This document shows positions 38,358 through 48,964 of a stretch of 64,000 nt of DNA, in pieces; the first letter of the stretch is position 1, and every line of letters starts with the position of its first letter. The translations under genes and the position numbers were made by a program. The stretch covers positions 1 to 64,000 of the forward strand of contig JBBFKW010000009.1 in NCBI GenBank assembly GCA_037481835.1, read 5' to 3'. A model generated the notes under the pieces. The model had not been told where the DNA came from, made no database searches, and worked only from the letters and a program-made list of their open reading frames with translations. Source of the DNA: Desulfosoma sp. (GTDB lineage: Bacteria; Desulfobacterota; Syntrophobacteria; Syntrophobacterales; DSM-9756).

Positions 38358-38825
38358 GGACGGCTCCTATAACCCGTGCAGGACGTGCTCTCCCGGATGT
38401 GCGGACCGGGCGTCTCCTTGGGAAAAAGTTTGGACCAGCCGAGAACGTATCATGCACCCCATGCGCCTGGGGAAAAACTGTCCAGAGCACCCGTCTAGCA
38501 TAAACTGAGGCGGGCTGTCGACAATTGACGTTTCTTCGGCGTTCGCTGATGCTGTCAGCCAATCCTGTGCACCAATTTTGGCTCCGCATCGTAGGTGTGT
38601 TCTTTCTTGACGTCCAGTGCCGAAGAATGGGGGCGGTGCGGAAGTTTCATTAGCGAGTCATGTCCACAATAGGTTCGACGCCCCGGACCCGCTCATGTTA
38701 CAAGACAGTTAATTCATTCCCGAGCCTCAGAGAAAGCTTCCTTCGGTCCCGTGCGGAAACGGCGCGGTCTTGCCGCGTTTTTTCGCACCCTTTCCCGGGC
38801 ATCGGCCCTACAAGGAGGACTAGCC

Positions 38826-39869
38826 ATGGCTTACCCGTTTCGCAATCTCGTGTTTGAAGGCGGCGGCATGAAGGGCATCGCCTACGTGGGCGCGCTCCAG
38901 GTCTTGGAAGAAAAAGATATCCTGTCCCGAATCCTCCGAGTCGGGGGCACCTCGGCAGGGGCCATCACCGCCGTTATGGTGGGACTGAATTACAGCCCGG
39001 CCGAAATCTGGGATGCGGTGAGTTCCATGGACTTCGGCACGTTCATGGACGACGATTTCGGCGTCGTGCGGGACATGAACCGGCTCATCCACGAATTCGG
39101 TTGGTACAAAGGCAACGCCTTCCGCACCTGGATCGGGGACGTCATCGCCCGAAAGACCGGAAACCCCAACGCCACATTCCTCCAAGTGCAGCAGCAAAAG
39201 AGCGCCAAAGGTTTCCGGGACATGTACTTTATGGGCACCAACATCTGCACCCATTTTTGCGAAGTCTTTTCGCACGAACACACGCCTCGGATGTGCGTGG
39301 CGGACGCCGTCCGCATTTCCATGTCCATCCCCCTGTTTTTCACCTGCCGTCGAAGCCCCCGGGGCGACGTCTATGTGGACGGCGGCGTGCTCGACAATTA
39401 CCCCATCAAGATCTTCGATCGCATGCGGTATCTGGATCCGGCCGTGGCGGACATCCACGGCCGCATGACGGACTATTACCGCCGGCACAACACCAGCTTG
39501 AAGCGCAGGGGGATCGAGGTGAGTCCCTATGTCTACAACAAGGAAACCCTGGGCTTTCGGCTGGATTCGGCGCGCGAAATCGCCGTCTTCCGAGACCAGG
39601 CGGAACCTGTGCCGGAAACCGTGGACGATTTCTTTTCCTACTGCTTCAACCTGCTCCAGACCCTCCTCAACGCCCAGTCCAACACCCACCTCCACAACGA
39701 CGACTGGCAGCGCACCATCTACATCGACACCCTCGGCGTAAAAACAACGGACTTCAAGATATCCAAGGCGCGAAAGACCGCCCTCGTCCAGTCGGGCCGA
39801 AAAGGCACCGAGACCTACTTCGCCTGGTACGACGACCCGGCGAGTAATCCCGTAAACCGCCCGAACTGA
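38826..39869 (+). CDS. Patatin-like phospholipase
   Basis: EGGGMKG, GTSAG, DGG motifs; ATG after AGGAGG. Confidence 0.9.
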   Translation: MAYPFRNLVFEGGGMKGIAYVGALQVLEEKDILSRILRVGGTSAGAITAVMVGLNYSPAEIWDAVSSMDFGTFMDDDFGVVRDMNRLIHEFGWYKGNAFRTWIGDVIARKTGNPNATFLQVQQQKSAKGFRDMYFMGTNICTHFCEVFSHEHTPRMCVADAVRISMSIPLFFTCRRSPRGDVYVDGGVLDNYPIKIFDRMRYLDPAVADIHGRMTDYYRRHNTSLKRRGIEVSPYVYNKETLGFRLDSAREIAVFRDQAEPVPETVDDFFSYCFNLLQTLLNAQSNTHLHNDDWQRTIYIDTLGVKTTDFKISKARKTALVQSGRKGTETYFAWYDDPASNPVNRPN

Positions 39870-40151
39870 GAAGAAGCCATCATCTGCGGACCCGTCGGGG
39901 TCCCGCAACCCTGAAACAACGGGCCGGCTCCGGCCCGTGCGGGCACGGCAGGCCTTATCGCGCACGGGCGTGCACAACTCCTCGTCAAGCAACCGAGCCG
40001 CCGACCATCCATCGGCAAGGAAGGCCATACGCCATGGCTCAATGAAGCACGAAGGGCAACCGATCCGGAGCCGCCGATGGATGTGGGGCTTGACTTTTGG
40101 CGAGCCTTGGTCATTGTGTGCGGGAATCCCTGAGAAAAGGAGGTTCCCGCC

Positions 40152-40895
40152 ATGGCACAAAATCGTCGGTACCGTGCGCTCTTTTCATCGGACTGGAGTG
40201 AATGCCTGGCTCCCAGCGGTCCTTTCGACTGTATTTTTTTCAATTATCCCGACTTGAAAGACCCACTCATCGCGGTTTTTCGCCAATATACGTCCAATGT
40301 GATCACGCTCGGGGAAGCCATCGGGCGCATTGAGGCCCTCATGCCCGGCCCCGTCACCGAAGCCATGATGGACGTCTATCTGGACGCCGCCTACGGGACT
40401 TACCCGGGAGCCGCTGAATTCATCCGCTGGTGCGGCGACAACGACATCCTTTTCATGCTGAACACCACGGGCATGAGGGGCTATTATCAAAGAGTGCTGG
40501 CCAAAGGGCTGCTCCCTTCCGTGCCCGCTCTGTCCGCCCACCCCTTCATCAGCTACCCGGAAAGGTCCAGCGATCCCGAAATCTTCCTTCCCCTTTACGA
40601 AATCCAGGACAAGGCCGCCAATTCCGCCGCAGTGGCGGAAAAGTACGGTATTCCGGCGGGGCGTATCATGGTCATGGGAGACAGCGGCGGCGACGGGCCC
40701 CATTTCGCCTGGGGCGCTCAAGTCAACGCCCTCCTTATCGCCAGCCGCCCCAAAGCCTCCCTGGAAAAGTATTGCGCCGATCGGGGTATTGCCATCCACC
40801 ACCGCATCGGCACCGCCGGGGAACCGCACAAGGCGAACTTCATGGACATGGTGGATTGGGTCGAAAGCTACCTCGCAGCCAGTGAACGTCAATAA
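40152..40895 (+). CDS. HAD-like hydrolase, atypical motif I
   Basis: FSSDWSECL, YPGAAEF, MGDSGGD; ATG after AGGAGG. Confidence 0.6.
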   Translation: MAQNRRYRALFSSDWSECLAPSGPFDCIFFNYPDLKDPLIAVFRQYTSNVITLGEAIGRIEALMPGPVTEAMMDVYLDAAYGTYPGAAEFIRWCGDNDILFMLNTTGMRGYYQRVLAKGLLPSVPALSAHPFISYPERSSDPEIFLPLYEIQDKAANSAAVAEKYGIPAGRIMVMGDSGGDGPHFAWGAQVNALLIASRPKASLEKYCADRGIAIHHRIGTAGEPHKANFMDMVDWVESYLAASERQ

Positions 40896-40897
40896 CT

Positions 40898-42226
40898 TTA
40901 GATCGTGCCCTGGGCGCGGAGGCGTTGCAGGTCCGACGGGCCCAAGCCCAAGAGCCGACCGTAAACGGCCTCGTTGTCGGCTCCAACGGGACGGCACACC
41001 CACTTGATCCGCGGTGGAGTGCCCGTCATTTTCCACACGGGGCCCTGAAGGGACAGTTCCCCGTAGACCGGGTCCTGGATTTTTCGGAACACGCCCCGAT
41101 CCCACCAGTTTTGTTCTTCGAAGGTCTGAGAAGGCCGGCACACCTTGCCCGTCACCACGGCGGCCGCCCGGCCTTCCTTCTCGGCGATGGCTTCGCCCAC
41201 CTTGTCGATCACCTCATCCACGGTGTATTGCAGGCTCCATTCCTCCAAGATCCGCTGCAGGGCTTCTTCGCTCTCATAGCTCGTGCGCTTCATGAAGGTG
41301 GAAAAGCGGGGATCCTGGGTGAGCTCGGGTCGGCCGATGATTTCCATGAGAGTGGCGAAGGCTTCTTCGTTATAGGCGGCCATGAAGGTATAGCCGTCCT
41401 TGCACTGGATAAAGGTGTAAGGAAACACGGAGGGATCGTAATTGCCGAGTCGCTCCTTGACGCCCCCGCCCATGTGATACCAGCCCAAGTTGTAGTCGAT
41501 GAATTTCATGATGCATTCGGCGCCGGACACATCCACCATCTGCCCCCTGCCGGACTGCTGCCGGTAAAGGAGCGCGGCCAGAATCCCGTAGGCGGCGAAG
41601 AGCCCTTCGGCGTACCAGCCGTACCAGCTGCCTGTTTTGGTGGGCACCGCGTGGGGCGATCGATCCGCGTCTTCCGGTTCCCCGTTGATGTAGATCAGGC
41701 CGGAATAGGCCTGGTTGGCGATTTCGGATGCTTGGCGGCCTTCACGGGCCTTCGGGCCGAATTGGCCGTAGGTGTGCAAAGCGGCATAGATCAGTCGGGA
41801 ATTGATGTCCCGAAGCTGTCGATACCCAATGCCCAGGGTGTCCAAGAAACCCGGTTCGAAGGTTTCGATGATCACATCGGCGTGAGCGGCGAGTTTTTTG
41901 AAGATTTCCCGACCTTCGTCGACTTCCAGGTCCAGGGTGATGTGGTGCTTGTTTCGGCCCTCCGCCAAGTAGGCCAAGCCTGTGTCGTGGTGCATCAAGC
42001 CGAAGGGGCTGAATTCCCGGGCAGGATCGCCCCCCGGGGGCTCGATGCGAATCACACGGGCGCCTAGTTCCGCCAAAACGGAAGAGGCCGTCAGGCCGCC
42101 GAAACTGGCGTAGCTCACATCCAAAACAAGAAGGTCGTCCAAAGCTTCGGAAGACCGGGCGGCAACCCTAGGATCGGAATGGGCTTTGGCCCATTCAAAC
42201 CAGGACATCGTCTTGTCGTCGTTCAT
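40898..42226 (-). CDS. Family III CoA-transferase subunit (catalytic Asp apparently absent)
   Basis: LAELGARVIRIEPPGGD, RNK, ADVIIE, YGQFGP; GWYAEG where the partner has GDYTG. Confidence 0.85.
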   Translation of the reverse strand: MNDDKTMSWFEWAKAHSDPRVAARSSEALDDLLVLDVSYASFGGLTASSVLAELGARVIRIEPPGGDPAREFSPFGLMHHDTGLAYLAEGRNKHHITLDLEVDEGREIFKKLAAHADVIIETFEPGFLDTLGIGYRQLRDINSRLIYAALHTYGQFGPKAREGRQASEIANQAYSGLIYINGEPEDADRSPHAVPTKTGSWYGWYAEGLFAAYGILAALLYRQQSGRGQMVDVSGAECIMKFIDYNLGWYHMGGGVKERLGNYDPSVFPYTFIQCKDGYTFMAAYNEEAFATLMEIIGRPELTQDPRFSTFMKRTSYESEEALQRILEEWSLQYTVDEVIDKVGEAIAEKEGRAAAVVTGKVCRPSQTFEEQNWWDRGVFRKIQDPVYGELSLQGPVWKMTGTPPRIKWVCRPVGADNEAVYGRLLGLGPSDLQRLRAQGTI

Positions 42227-42304
42227 GGCATACCCTTTCCAAGATCTCGCAATCTCAATGAAAGTCCAACCGATAACCCTCGACGCGAACAAAGCTCTTT
42301 GACG

Positions 42305-43639
42305 TCAAAAGATGCGGCCTCGCTGCCCGTCCCAGTCGTCCGGAGGTTTGGCGCCGATGCGGTCCGCCCACGCGCCGACGATCCCTTCGTCCTCGAGAGC
42401 TTTGACGGCTTCGGAATCGAGGCCTAAAAGATTTCGGAAAACGTAGTCGTTGTGAAACCCTACGGGTTTGGCGATCCACCGCATGCGCCCCGGCGTTTCC
42501 GAGAATTTGGGGCCCGGGCCGTATTCCACCACCGGCCCGTAGAGCGGGTCTTCGAACTCCCAGACAGCCTTGCGAAACCTCAGGTGCTCGTCATCGTAAT
42601 GGTCCCGTGCCGAAGCAACGCGCTGAGCCGAAAAGCCGTGCCGCCGGCCGGCATCTTCCACCTGTCGGACCGTGCATCCGGCAACCCAGCGGGACAGGCG
42701 TGCGTAGATCTTTTCCTGGTTTTCATCCTTGAGGCGCCCTGAAAGGCTCTCCATTTCCGCGTCGTCCTGAAGCTCATCGGCTTCCATGGCGTCGCACAAG
42801 CCCTGGAACGAGCCGTCATCCACGGCCGAGACGGCCACGAACCCGTCCTTGGCGCGGAAGACGCCGGACGGCACCATGGCCACATCCACGTTGCCCACCC
42901 GCCGTCTTTCCTTGCCGAAGAGGCTCCACAGGAGCCACGTCCAGTCCTGAATGCGGATGAGGCTTTCCCCTTGGGAGACATCAATCATTTGACCCGAGCC
43001 GGTTTTGTTGCGGGCGTAAAGGGCGGCGAGGATCCCCAGGGTGGCGAAGAGAGCGCCGGTGTAGTCGCCGATCCAGATGCCGATCTTGAGCGGGGGGCGG
43101 CCCGGGAAGCCCGTCGTGGCCGAAAAGCCACTCATGGCCTGCGATGTGGCGTCATAGGAAGGCCTGTCCCGGTAAGCGCTCCATTGCCCGAACCCGCTGT
43201 TGGCCTGGTAAACGAGCCTGGGATTGACCTCTTTCAGTTGCCGGTAGCCCACGCCCCAGCGGTCCATGGTGCCGGGCCGGAAGTTTTCCACCAGGACGTC
43301 CGATCGGGCCACGAGCTGTTTGAGGAGTTCGGCCCCTTTGGGTTTTCGAATGTCGATGGCCACGTGATACTTGTTGTGGTTCATGTGCGTGAAGGCGGGG
43401 GATATGTTTTTGTAGAAAAAACCTCGAGGGGCCACGTAACGCATGAGGTCCCCTACGCCGGGCAGTTCGATCTTGATGACCTCAGCCCCCAGATCCGCCA
43501 GAAGGTCCGCCGTCACCGGGCCGAAAACCCGGGTGCACAGTTCCAGCACGCGGATGCCCTTAAGGGCTTCCGGTTTGGCGAAAACATTGTCGGGGTCGAA
43601 CAGTTTTTCCGTCCAGTCGAAGTAGTTTTCCGCGTCCAT
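42305..43639 (-). CDS. Family III CoA-transferase (CaiB/BaiF)
   Basis: LADLGAEVIKIE, ENFRPG, SGFGQ, YD, IGDYTGA (catalytic Asp). Confidence 0.9.
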   Translation of the reverse strand: MDAENYFDWTEKLFDPDNVFAKPEALKGIRVLELCTRVFGPVTADLLADLGAEVIKIELPGVGDLMRYVAPRGFFYKNISPAFTHMNHNKYHVAIDIRKPKGAELLKQLVARSDVLVENFRPGTMDRWGVGYRQLKEVNPRLVYQANSGFGQWSAYRDRPSYDATSQAMSGFSATTGFPGRPPLKIGIWIGDYTGALFATLGILAALYARNKTGSGQMIDVSQGESLIRIQDWTWLLWSLFGKERRRVGNVDVAMVPSGVFRAKDGFVAVSAVDDGSFQGLCDAMEADELQDDAEMESLSGRLKDENQEKIYARLSRWVAGCTVRQVEDAGRRHGFSAQRVASARDHYDDEHLRFRKAVWEFEDPLYGPVVEYGPGPKFSETPGRMRWIAKPVGFHNDYVFRNLLGLDSEAVKALEDEGIVGAWADRIGAKPPDDWDGQRGRIF

Positions 43640-43828
43640 GTGTCGCTCCTTCGAGGGGTCAATGGGTTGTCCCGTGGAGGCGAGCCGGGGCGGCGCCTCT
43701 GTATTTCCCGCGGCGCCCCGGGCTCTACGGCTTCGCCCCTTCGGAACGATGCCCGCCGCGGCATGAACCCGCCCCCGGCTTGACCCGGTGGGCTACAGGT
43801 GCGGGGTGCCGTGGGCCGGCCGTTCATT

Positions 43829-43873
43829 CCCGGGGCGGTGCCCCGGGCTGGAATCCTACGCCCCTTCGGGGCT
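43829..43873 (+). repeat. REP-like palindromic repeat
   Basis: CCCGGGGCGGTGCCCCGGGCTG-N-GCCCCTTCGGGGCT; related copies at 54842-54881, 62626-62670 and partial at 22598-22612. Confidence 0.65.
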
Positions 43874-43911
43874 CATTGGGGTAAGGCGCTTTCCTTACGG
43901 TTCTTTTACGG

Positions 43912-44613
43912 TCAGCGCACCCACATCATGACGAGTTTCACCAGAGCCGGGGTGACCAGGGCCGTGGCAATGCCGTTCAGGCAAATGGCAAGGCCGCCCG
44001 CGGCCCCCTGCGCTTCCCCCTCTTCCACCGCCCGGGCCGTGCCGATGCCGTGGGAGGCCGCCCCCATGGCCAGGCCGAAAGCCACGGGATTGCGCACCCC
44101 ACACAACCGAAGGACTCCCGGGCCGATGACCGCCCCCAAAATGCCCGTCGCAATGACAATGGCCGCCGTAAGCGGCGGGATTCCCCCGATCTTTTCTGCA
44201 ATGCCCATGGCGATGGGCGTGGTCACGGATTTTGGGGCCATGGAGGCCACCACGGGCGCCGAAGCACCCAGAAAAGCTGCCGTCCCGGCGGCGCTCAGCA
44301 CCCCCACGACCGCCGCCACGAGGATGGAAAGCCCGATGGCGAGGCCTCGCTTGCGGATTTCTTCCAGCTGCAAATACAAGGGCACCCCCAAGGCCACCAC
44401 GGCGGGGCCGAGAAAGAAGCTGATGATCTGTCCACCCTGGAAATAGTCTTCGTAGCGGATGCCCGAAAGGGTCAAAAAGGCCATAAGCCCGAGGATGGCC
44501 AGGAGCACGGGGTTGAGCCAAAAGTACCGGAATCGCACATAAAGGCGCTGCGCCCCGTAAAAGGCCACAAACGTGATGAAGACGGAAAAAGCTTTGCCGC
44601 TGAAAAAAGCCAT
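43912..44613 (-). CDS. lrgB: LrgB-family membrane protein
   Basis: LNPVL, LGPAVVALGVPLY, PKSVTTPIA, SHGIGTARA. Confidence 0.9.
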   Translation of the reverse strand: MAFFSGKAFSVFITFVAFYGAQRLYVRFRYFWLNPVLLAILGLMAFLTLSGIRYEDYFQGGQIISFFLGPAVVALGVPLYLQLEEIRKRGLAIGLSILVAAVVGVLSAAGTAAFLGASAPVVASMAPKSVTTPIAMGIAEKIGGIPPLTAAIVIATGILGAVIGPGVLRLCGVRNPVAFGLAMGAASHGIGTARAVEEGEAQGAAGGLAICLNGIATALVTPALVKLVMMWVR

Positions 44614-44951
44614 CACGAGCGCTCCAACTTTTGCATGACCCAGCCGACCCCCACGAGCACCGCCAGGGTGCTCACCACATAGGCCACAACGATGGGCACC
44701 CATTCCCGGGACAAGAGGTCCAGGTAAAGCACAAGGCCCACCCCCGGAGGCACAAAGAAAAAGGCCATGTTTTGCACCAGGAGGTCCGCGGCGGGCTTGA
44801 CGCTTTTTACATCCACCCAGCCTCGGCACAGGGAAAAGGTGAGCAGCATCATGCCGATGACGTTGCCGGGGACGGGAAGGGACAGGGCGAAACTCACCCC
44901 GTCTCCCAACGCCAGAAAGAAGAAGAGGATACACAGACTCCGGATGAGCAT
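44613..44951 (-). CDS. lrgA: CidA/LrgA-family protein
   Basis: PVPGNVIGM, FFVPPGVG. Confidence 0.9.
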   Translation of the reverse strand: MLIRSLCILFFFLALGDGVSFALSLPVPGNVIGMMLLTFSLCRGWVDVKSVKPAADLLVQNMAFFFVPPGVGLVLYLDLLSREWVPIVVAYVVSTLAVLVGVGWVMQKLERS

Positions 44952-44955
44952 GACC

Positions 44956-45672
44956 CTACGGCGCCTTGCGCGATCTAAAAAATTCCAGCACGAACCCGAT
45001 GTGGCGCCTCATGGCGTTGAGCGCCCCTTCGCTGTCCCGATGCCGTATGGCTTCGTATATGGCGGTGTGTTGCTCCACGATGCGCGAAAGGTTTCCCGGT
45101 TCTTCGTAAAGCTTTTGGAGATTCATGCGGATGCCGAAAAAGAGAAAATCGTAGAGGCTTCGCATCACCTTGATGTGCACGGGATTTCGAGTCGCGTAGG
45201 CAATGGCCATGTGAAAGGAAATGTCCGGCTCATGGCCGATCCCCCCCTCGGCAATGTCCTCCTTCATGGCCTCCAGGCTGGTTCGCAAGTGTTCCATATC
45301 GCGATCGTCGGCCCGCAAGGCGGCCAGAGCCGCCGCCGTGCATTCCAGTCCCAACCGCACTTCCAGGATGTGTTCCAAGGTCACATCCTCCCCATCCATG
45401 AACGTGGCCATGGGGTTTTCGTGCAGCGGGTCCAGGCTCCTGACGAACGTCCCCTGTCCGTGGCGCTGCTCCACAAGGTGCATCACCACAAGCTGGTTGA
45501 TGGCTTCCCTCACCGTGGGGCGACTCACGTGAAGCTGCCGGGCCAGTTCCCGTTCCGAGGGCAGGCGCTCTCCCGGTTTGAGAAACCCACGGTAGATGAG
45601 TTCCGTCAGCTGCTGCGCCACTTCATCGGCGATGCGCTTGGGCTTGACGGGTTTTACGGGAAGGACGGTCAC
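44956..45672 (-). CDS. GntR/FadR-family regulator (LldR-like)
   Basis: PGERLPSERELA..VSRPTVREA..GQGTFV; FCD domain with DISFH. Confidence 0.9.
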   Translation of the reverse strand: MTVLPVKPVKPKRIADEVAQQLTELIYRGFLKPGERLPSERELARQLHVSRPTVREAINQLVVMHLVEQRHGQGTFVRSLDPLHENPMATFMDGEDVTLEHILEVRLGLECTAAALAALRADDRDMEHLRTSLEAMKEDIAEGGIGHEPDISFHMAIAYATRNPVHIKVMRSLYDFLFFGIRMNLQKLYEEPGNLSRIVEQHTAIYEAIRHRDSEGALNAMRRHIGFVLEFFRSRKAP

Positions 45673-46970
45673 GGTCCCAGAGCCTCCGCGTACAGTTCGA
45701 TGGCATGCCGCACCTGCACGGCATCCCCGGCCTGGGAGAGCCGATCGTGCAACTGGATCATGCAGGCGGGACACCCCGTGGCCACGACCCGGGCGCCCGT
45801 AGCCGCCACCATGTCCCGCTTCCTGCGCCCGACTTGGGACGAAAGGTCGTAATGTTCCAGGCTGAAACTGCCCCCGAGGCCGCAACACCAGTCCGATTGG
45901 GCCATTTCCACGAGGCGGATGTGCCCGTTGGCCCGAAGGAGCGCCCTCGGTTCGGCGAAAACGCCCAGGGATTTTTTCAGGTGACACGGGTCGTGATAGG
46001 TCACGACGACGGCATCCGCACGGGGCGTCGCCGCTTCGGGGTGGATCTCCAGGCGTCTTACAAGAAATTCATGGATGTCCATGGTCTTTTCGCTCAAAGC
46101 CCGGACGCGCTCGACCACGGCGGCGCCGTCTTCGGAAAAAAGAACCGGCCAGACCTTGCGGATGGTGGACGTGCACGTGGCGCAGGACGTCACGAGGACA
46201 TCGAAGCGATGGGCGGGGAATCGCTCCAGGTTGTGGCGCACGAGCTTTTTAAAGGTCACCATGTCCCCCGAAGAGGCCGCGGGAATGCCGCAGCAGGCCT
46301 GGTTGTCGGGAAGATACACGCCGACTCCGTGTTTCTGGAGCACTTTCAGGGTGGCGTGGGCGACGGAGGGAAAAATCTTATCGATGAGGCATCCGACAAA
46401 AAGGGCGACCTTCAGGCCGGACGGGCCCGGCGGGCTGTCCAGGCCGGGCAGATCGGCGTGAAACGGTTTGGGCGCCAGCGGCTTGATGTGCCGCTCTCCG
46501 AGAAGCGGGGTCGTGAACCGGGCGCACGATGTGCCCAAGACCTCGTTGGCCGGCTTGGTGAAAAGCTCCTGAAACCGGGCGCCCCATTCCATGAAGGTGT
46601 CGAAAAAGGCCGGGTTGGCCAACATGCCGCGGAGGATGAGCTTTTTTAACGGCGAAAGCCCCATGTAACCCGCCAGGATGGCGCGGGCTTTGAGGAAAAT
46701 GTCCAGGACCTTTACGCCGCTCGGGCAATTGGCCGCACAGGAGCCGCACAGGAGGCAGCGGTTGAGCCTTTCCGAAACCCCCTTGGGGTCCCGGAACATT
46801 TCCTTGGAAAGGCCTTCCAAGAGGGCGAGTTTCCCGCGGGCCACGTCGGCTTCCCGACCCGTTTCGGCATAAAGCGGACACACCGCCTGGCACATGCCGC
46901 AGCGCATGCACACCACCAGCTGATCTTCCAGTTCCCGCACAAGCCTGGCCAGATCCTTCATGCCGGCCAT
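45669..46970 (-). CDS. Fe-S subunit of GlcDF-type (D-lactate/glycolate) dehydrogenase
   Basis: CMRCGMCQAVCP, CLLCGSCAANCP, two CCG domains, YHDPCHL. Confidence 0.85.
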   Translation of the reverse strand: MAGMKDLARLVRELEDQLVVCMRCGMCQAVCPLYAETGREADVARGKLALLEGLSKEMFRDPKGVSERLNRCLLCGSCAANCPSGVKVLDIFLKARAILAGYMGLSPLKKLILRGMLANPAFFDTFMEWGARFQELFTKPANEVLGTSCARFTTPLLGERHIKPLAPKPFHADLPGLDSPPGPSGLKVALFVGCLIDKIFPSVAHATLKVLQKHGVGVYLPDNQACCGIPAASSGDMVTFKKLVRHNLERFPAHRFDVLVTSCATCTSTIRKVWPVLFSEDGAAVVERVRALSEKTMDIHEFLVRRLEIHPEAATPRADAVVVTYHDPCHLKKSLGVFAEPRALLRANGHIRLVEMAQSDWCCGLGGSFSLEHYDLSSQVGRRKRDMVAATGARVVATGCPACMIQLHDRLSQAGDAVQVRHAIELYAEALGP

Positions 46971-46971
46971 G

Positions 46972-48357
46972 TTACGCCTCCCCGATGACCTTGCCCGGAT
47001 TGAGAATGTTCTTGGGATCCAGGGCCCTCTTGATCCGCCGAGCGTACTCCAGGCTCGCCCGAGTCGTTTCCTTTTCCATGAAAGGCGCCTTGGCCAGGCC
47101 GATCCCGTGTTCGCCGGAAAGGGTCCCGCCCATGGCCAAGGCCCTGTCGAAAATCTCTTCCACGGCCCGTTCCACGCGGTGCCATTCTTCCGCGTTTCTG
47201 CGGTCGGTGAGGATCGTGGGGTGCAGGTTCCCGTCTCCGGCATGGCCGAAGGTGCCGATGGTGAGGCGGTATTTGGCGGCGATGTCTTGGACCGCCTGGA
47301 CCATGTCCGGAATGCGGCTCCGGGGAACCGTGGCGTCTTCCAAGACCACGGTGGGCTTGAGCTTGGCCAGGGCGGACAGGGCCGCCCGGCGCGCTTCCCA
47401 CACCTTGTCCCGCTCCTGGGCCGTCTGGGCCACGCGAAGGCTGCGGGCCCCCATTTTGCGGCAGATCCCCTCCACCTTGGCGGCATCTTCTTCCACCTGG
47501 GCCGGGTGGCCGTCCACTTCGATCAGGAGAAGCGCGGCGGCGTCGGTGGGAAGGCCTGCACCGGAAAAGGATTCCACGGCCCGGATGGTGAAATTGTCAA
47601 GGAATTCCAGCGTGGCCGGAACGATTTTTTCCGCGATGATGGCCGCCACCGTGCGGGACGCTCCCGATACGGCATCGAAGACGGCCATCATGGATTTTCG
47701 ATGCTGGGGCTGGGGGATGAGCTTCAAGATGATTTTGTAGATGACGCCCAGAGTGCCTTCCGATCCCACGAGAAGGGAGGCCAGGTTGTAGCCCGTAACG
47801 CACTTGACGGTTCGGGACCCCGTTTTCACCACATCGCCGTTGACGTCGAAAAATTCCAACCCCATGACGTAATCGCGGGTGACGCCGTATTTCAGGCCCC
47901 GAAGGCCGCCGGCGTTTTCCGCCACATTGCCCCCCAGAGTGGAAACGGCCTGACTGCCGGGATCGGGCGGATAGAAGAGCCCTTGGGCTTCCACCGCCGC
48001 GGCGAATTTGGCCGTGATGACCCCAGGTTCCACCACGGCGTAGAGGTCTTCCGTGTTGAGTTCCAGGATGCGGTTGAGGGCGTTGGTGAGGATGACCACG
48101 CCGTGGGCTTTGGGCACCGTGCCGCCGCTTAGGTTGGTCCCGGCGCCGCGAACCGTCACCGGCACGGCGTTCTCATTGCACAGCTTGACGATCCGCCCGA
48201 GGTGTTCCGCGTCCCGAGGACGCACCACCGCCGCCGGAACCACAGGGTCCAAGACCGCCGCATCGTAGGCGTACACCGCCCGGTCCGCCTCATCGGTAAA
48301 GACGTTTTCTTTCCCCACCACTTCTTCCAAGGCTTTGAAGAAACGCACCGGCATCAT
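46972..48357 (-). CDS. FAD-linked GlcD-type 2-hydroxyacid (D-lactate) dehydrogenase subunit
   Basis: RGAGTNLSGG, PPDPGS, GSEGTLG, GHAGDGNLH, GEHGIG, NPGK. Confidence 0.9.
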   Translation of the reverse strand: MMPVRFFKALEEVVGKENVFTDEADRAVYAYDAAVLDPVVPAAVVRPRDAEHLGRIVKLCNENAVPVTVRGAGTNLSGGTVPKAHGVVILTNALNRILELNTEDLYAVVEPGVITAKFAAAVEAQGLFYPPDPGSQAVSTLGGNVAENAGGLRGLKYGVTRDYVMGLEFFDVNGDVVKTGSRTVKCVTGYNLASLLVGSEGTLGVIYKIILKLIPQPQHRKSMMAVFDAVSGASRTVAAIIAEKIVPATLEFLDNFTIRAVESFSGAGLPTDAAALLLIEVDGHPAQVEEDAAKVEGICRKMGARSLRVAQTAQERDKVWEARRAALSALAKLKPTVVLEDATVPRSRIPDMVQAVQDIAAKYRLTIGTFGHAGDGNLHPTILTDRRNAEEWHRVERAVEEIFDRALAMGGTLSGEHGIGLAKAPFMEKETTRASLEYARRIKRALDPKNILNPGKVIGEA

Positions 48358-48476
48358 GGGGTTCTCCTTCGTGCCGCTCCGATCTAGGCCCGCCCTGCGG
48401 GCGAGCGCCTCATCCATCCTTTTCGACAGCGGCCTTCCGCGGCGACGGCGGGCGGGGTCCCGAGGGGGATGGCAAC

Positions 48477-48487
48477 TGGTTTGACCA
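48477..48487. promoter_or_regulatory. Putative FadR/LldR-type operator
   Basis: TGGT-TTG-ACCA palindrome in the divergent intergenic region; second site TGGT-CAA-GCCA at 48617-48627 downstream of TTGACA (48585-48590). Confidence 0.55.
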
Positions 48488-48964
48488 CATGACATGTGAA
48501 CCGCACAAGGTCCGATGGGGCCGTGTCGTTCCGCAGCCTAGCAGGCTCCGTTTCGCTTTTCAAGAACTTTTGTGAACTTTTTCCTTGACACGGTATGGGA
48601 GCCTGTGCCAAGTGTGTGGTCAAGCCATCAGCCGGATTGGGATCCATGGCATAGAATGCGTGTCGGCGTGTGCTCCACTTCCTGCGCCTGGGGCGGGTCC
48701 AGCCCTCGTGTACCGGCCCATGCGGCGGCCCTTCTCCACCGCTGCGGCCCGCCCCTTACTCCCGCTCGCCCTTCCGCCGCACCCCGCGGCCGCGTCGACA
48801 AGGGAATGAATGGGGAAAGGGGGTGAGAGGTGTCCATCGGGGATGGACCCCGGGGCCTCAGGGCGTTTCCAAGTTCCGAGGCGGTCTTTTTCAAGTCTTC
48901 AGGTGCGGCGTGCCGACGGCGCGTCATTTTGGAAAAGGAAAACCGAAGGGAAGGAGAAGATGCC

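Noticed and set aside
37675..38589. 304-aa minus-strand ORF over the thioesterase
   Set aside because: Alternative frame without motifs; the 143-aa thioesterase explains the region.
38826..39869. CBASS system with CapV effector
   Set aside because: No CD-NTase or Cap2/Cap3 genes adjacent.
43912..44951. lrgAB as prophage holin/antiholin
   Set aside because: No phage genes; they sit in an operon with lactate genes.
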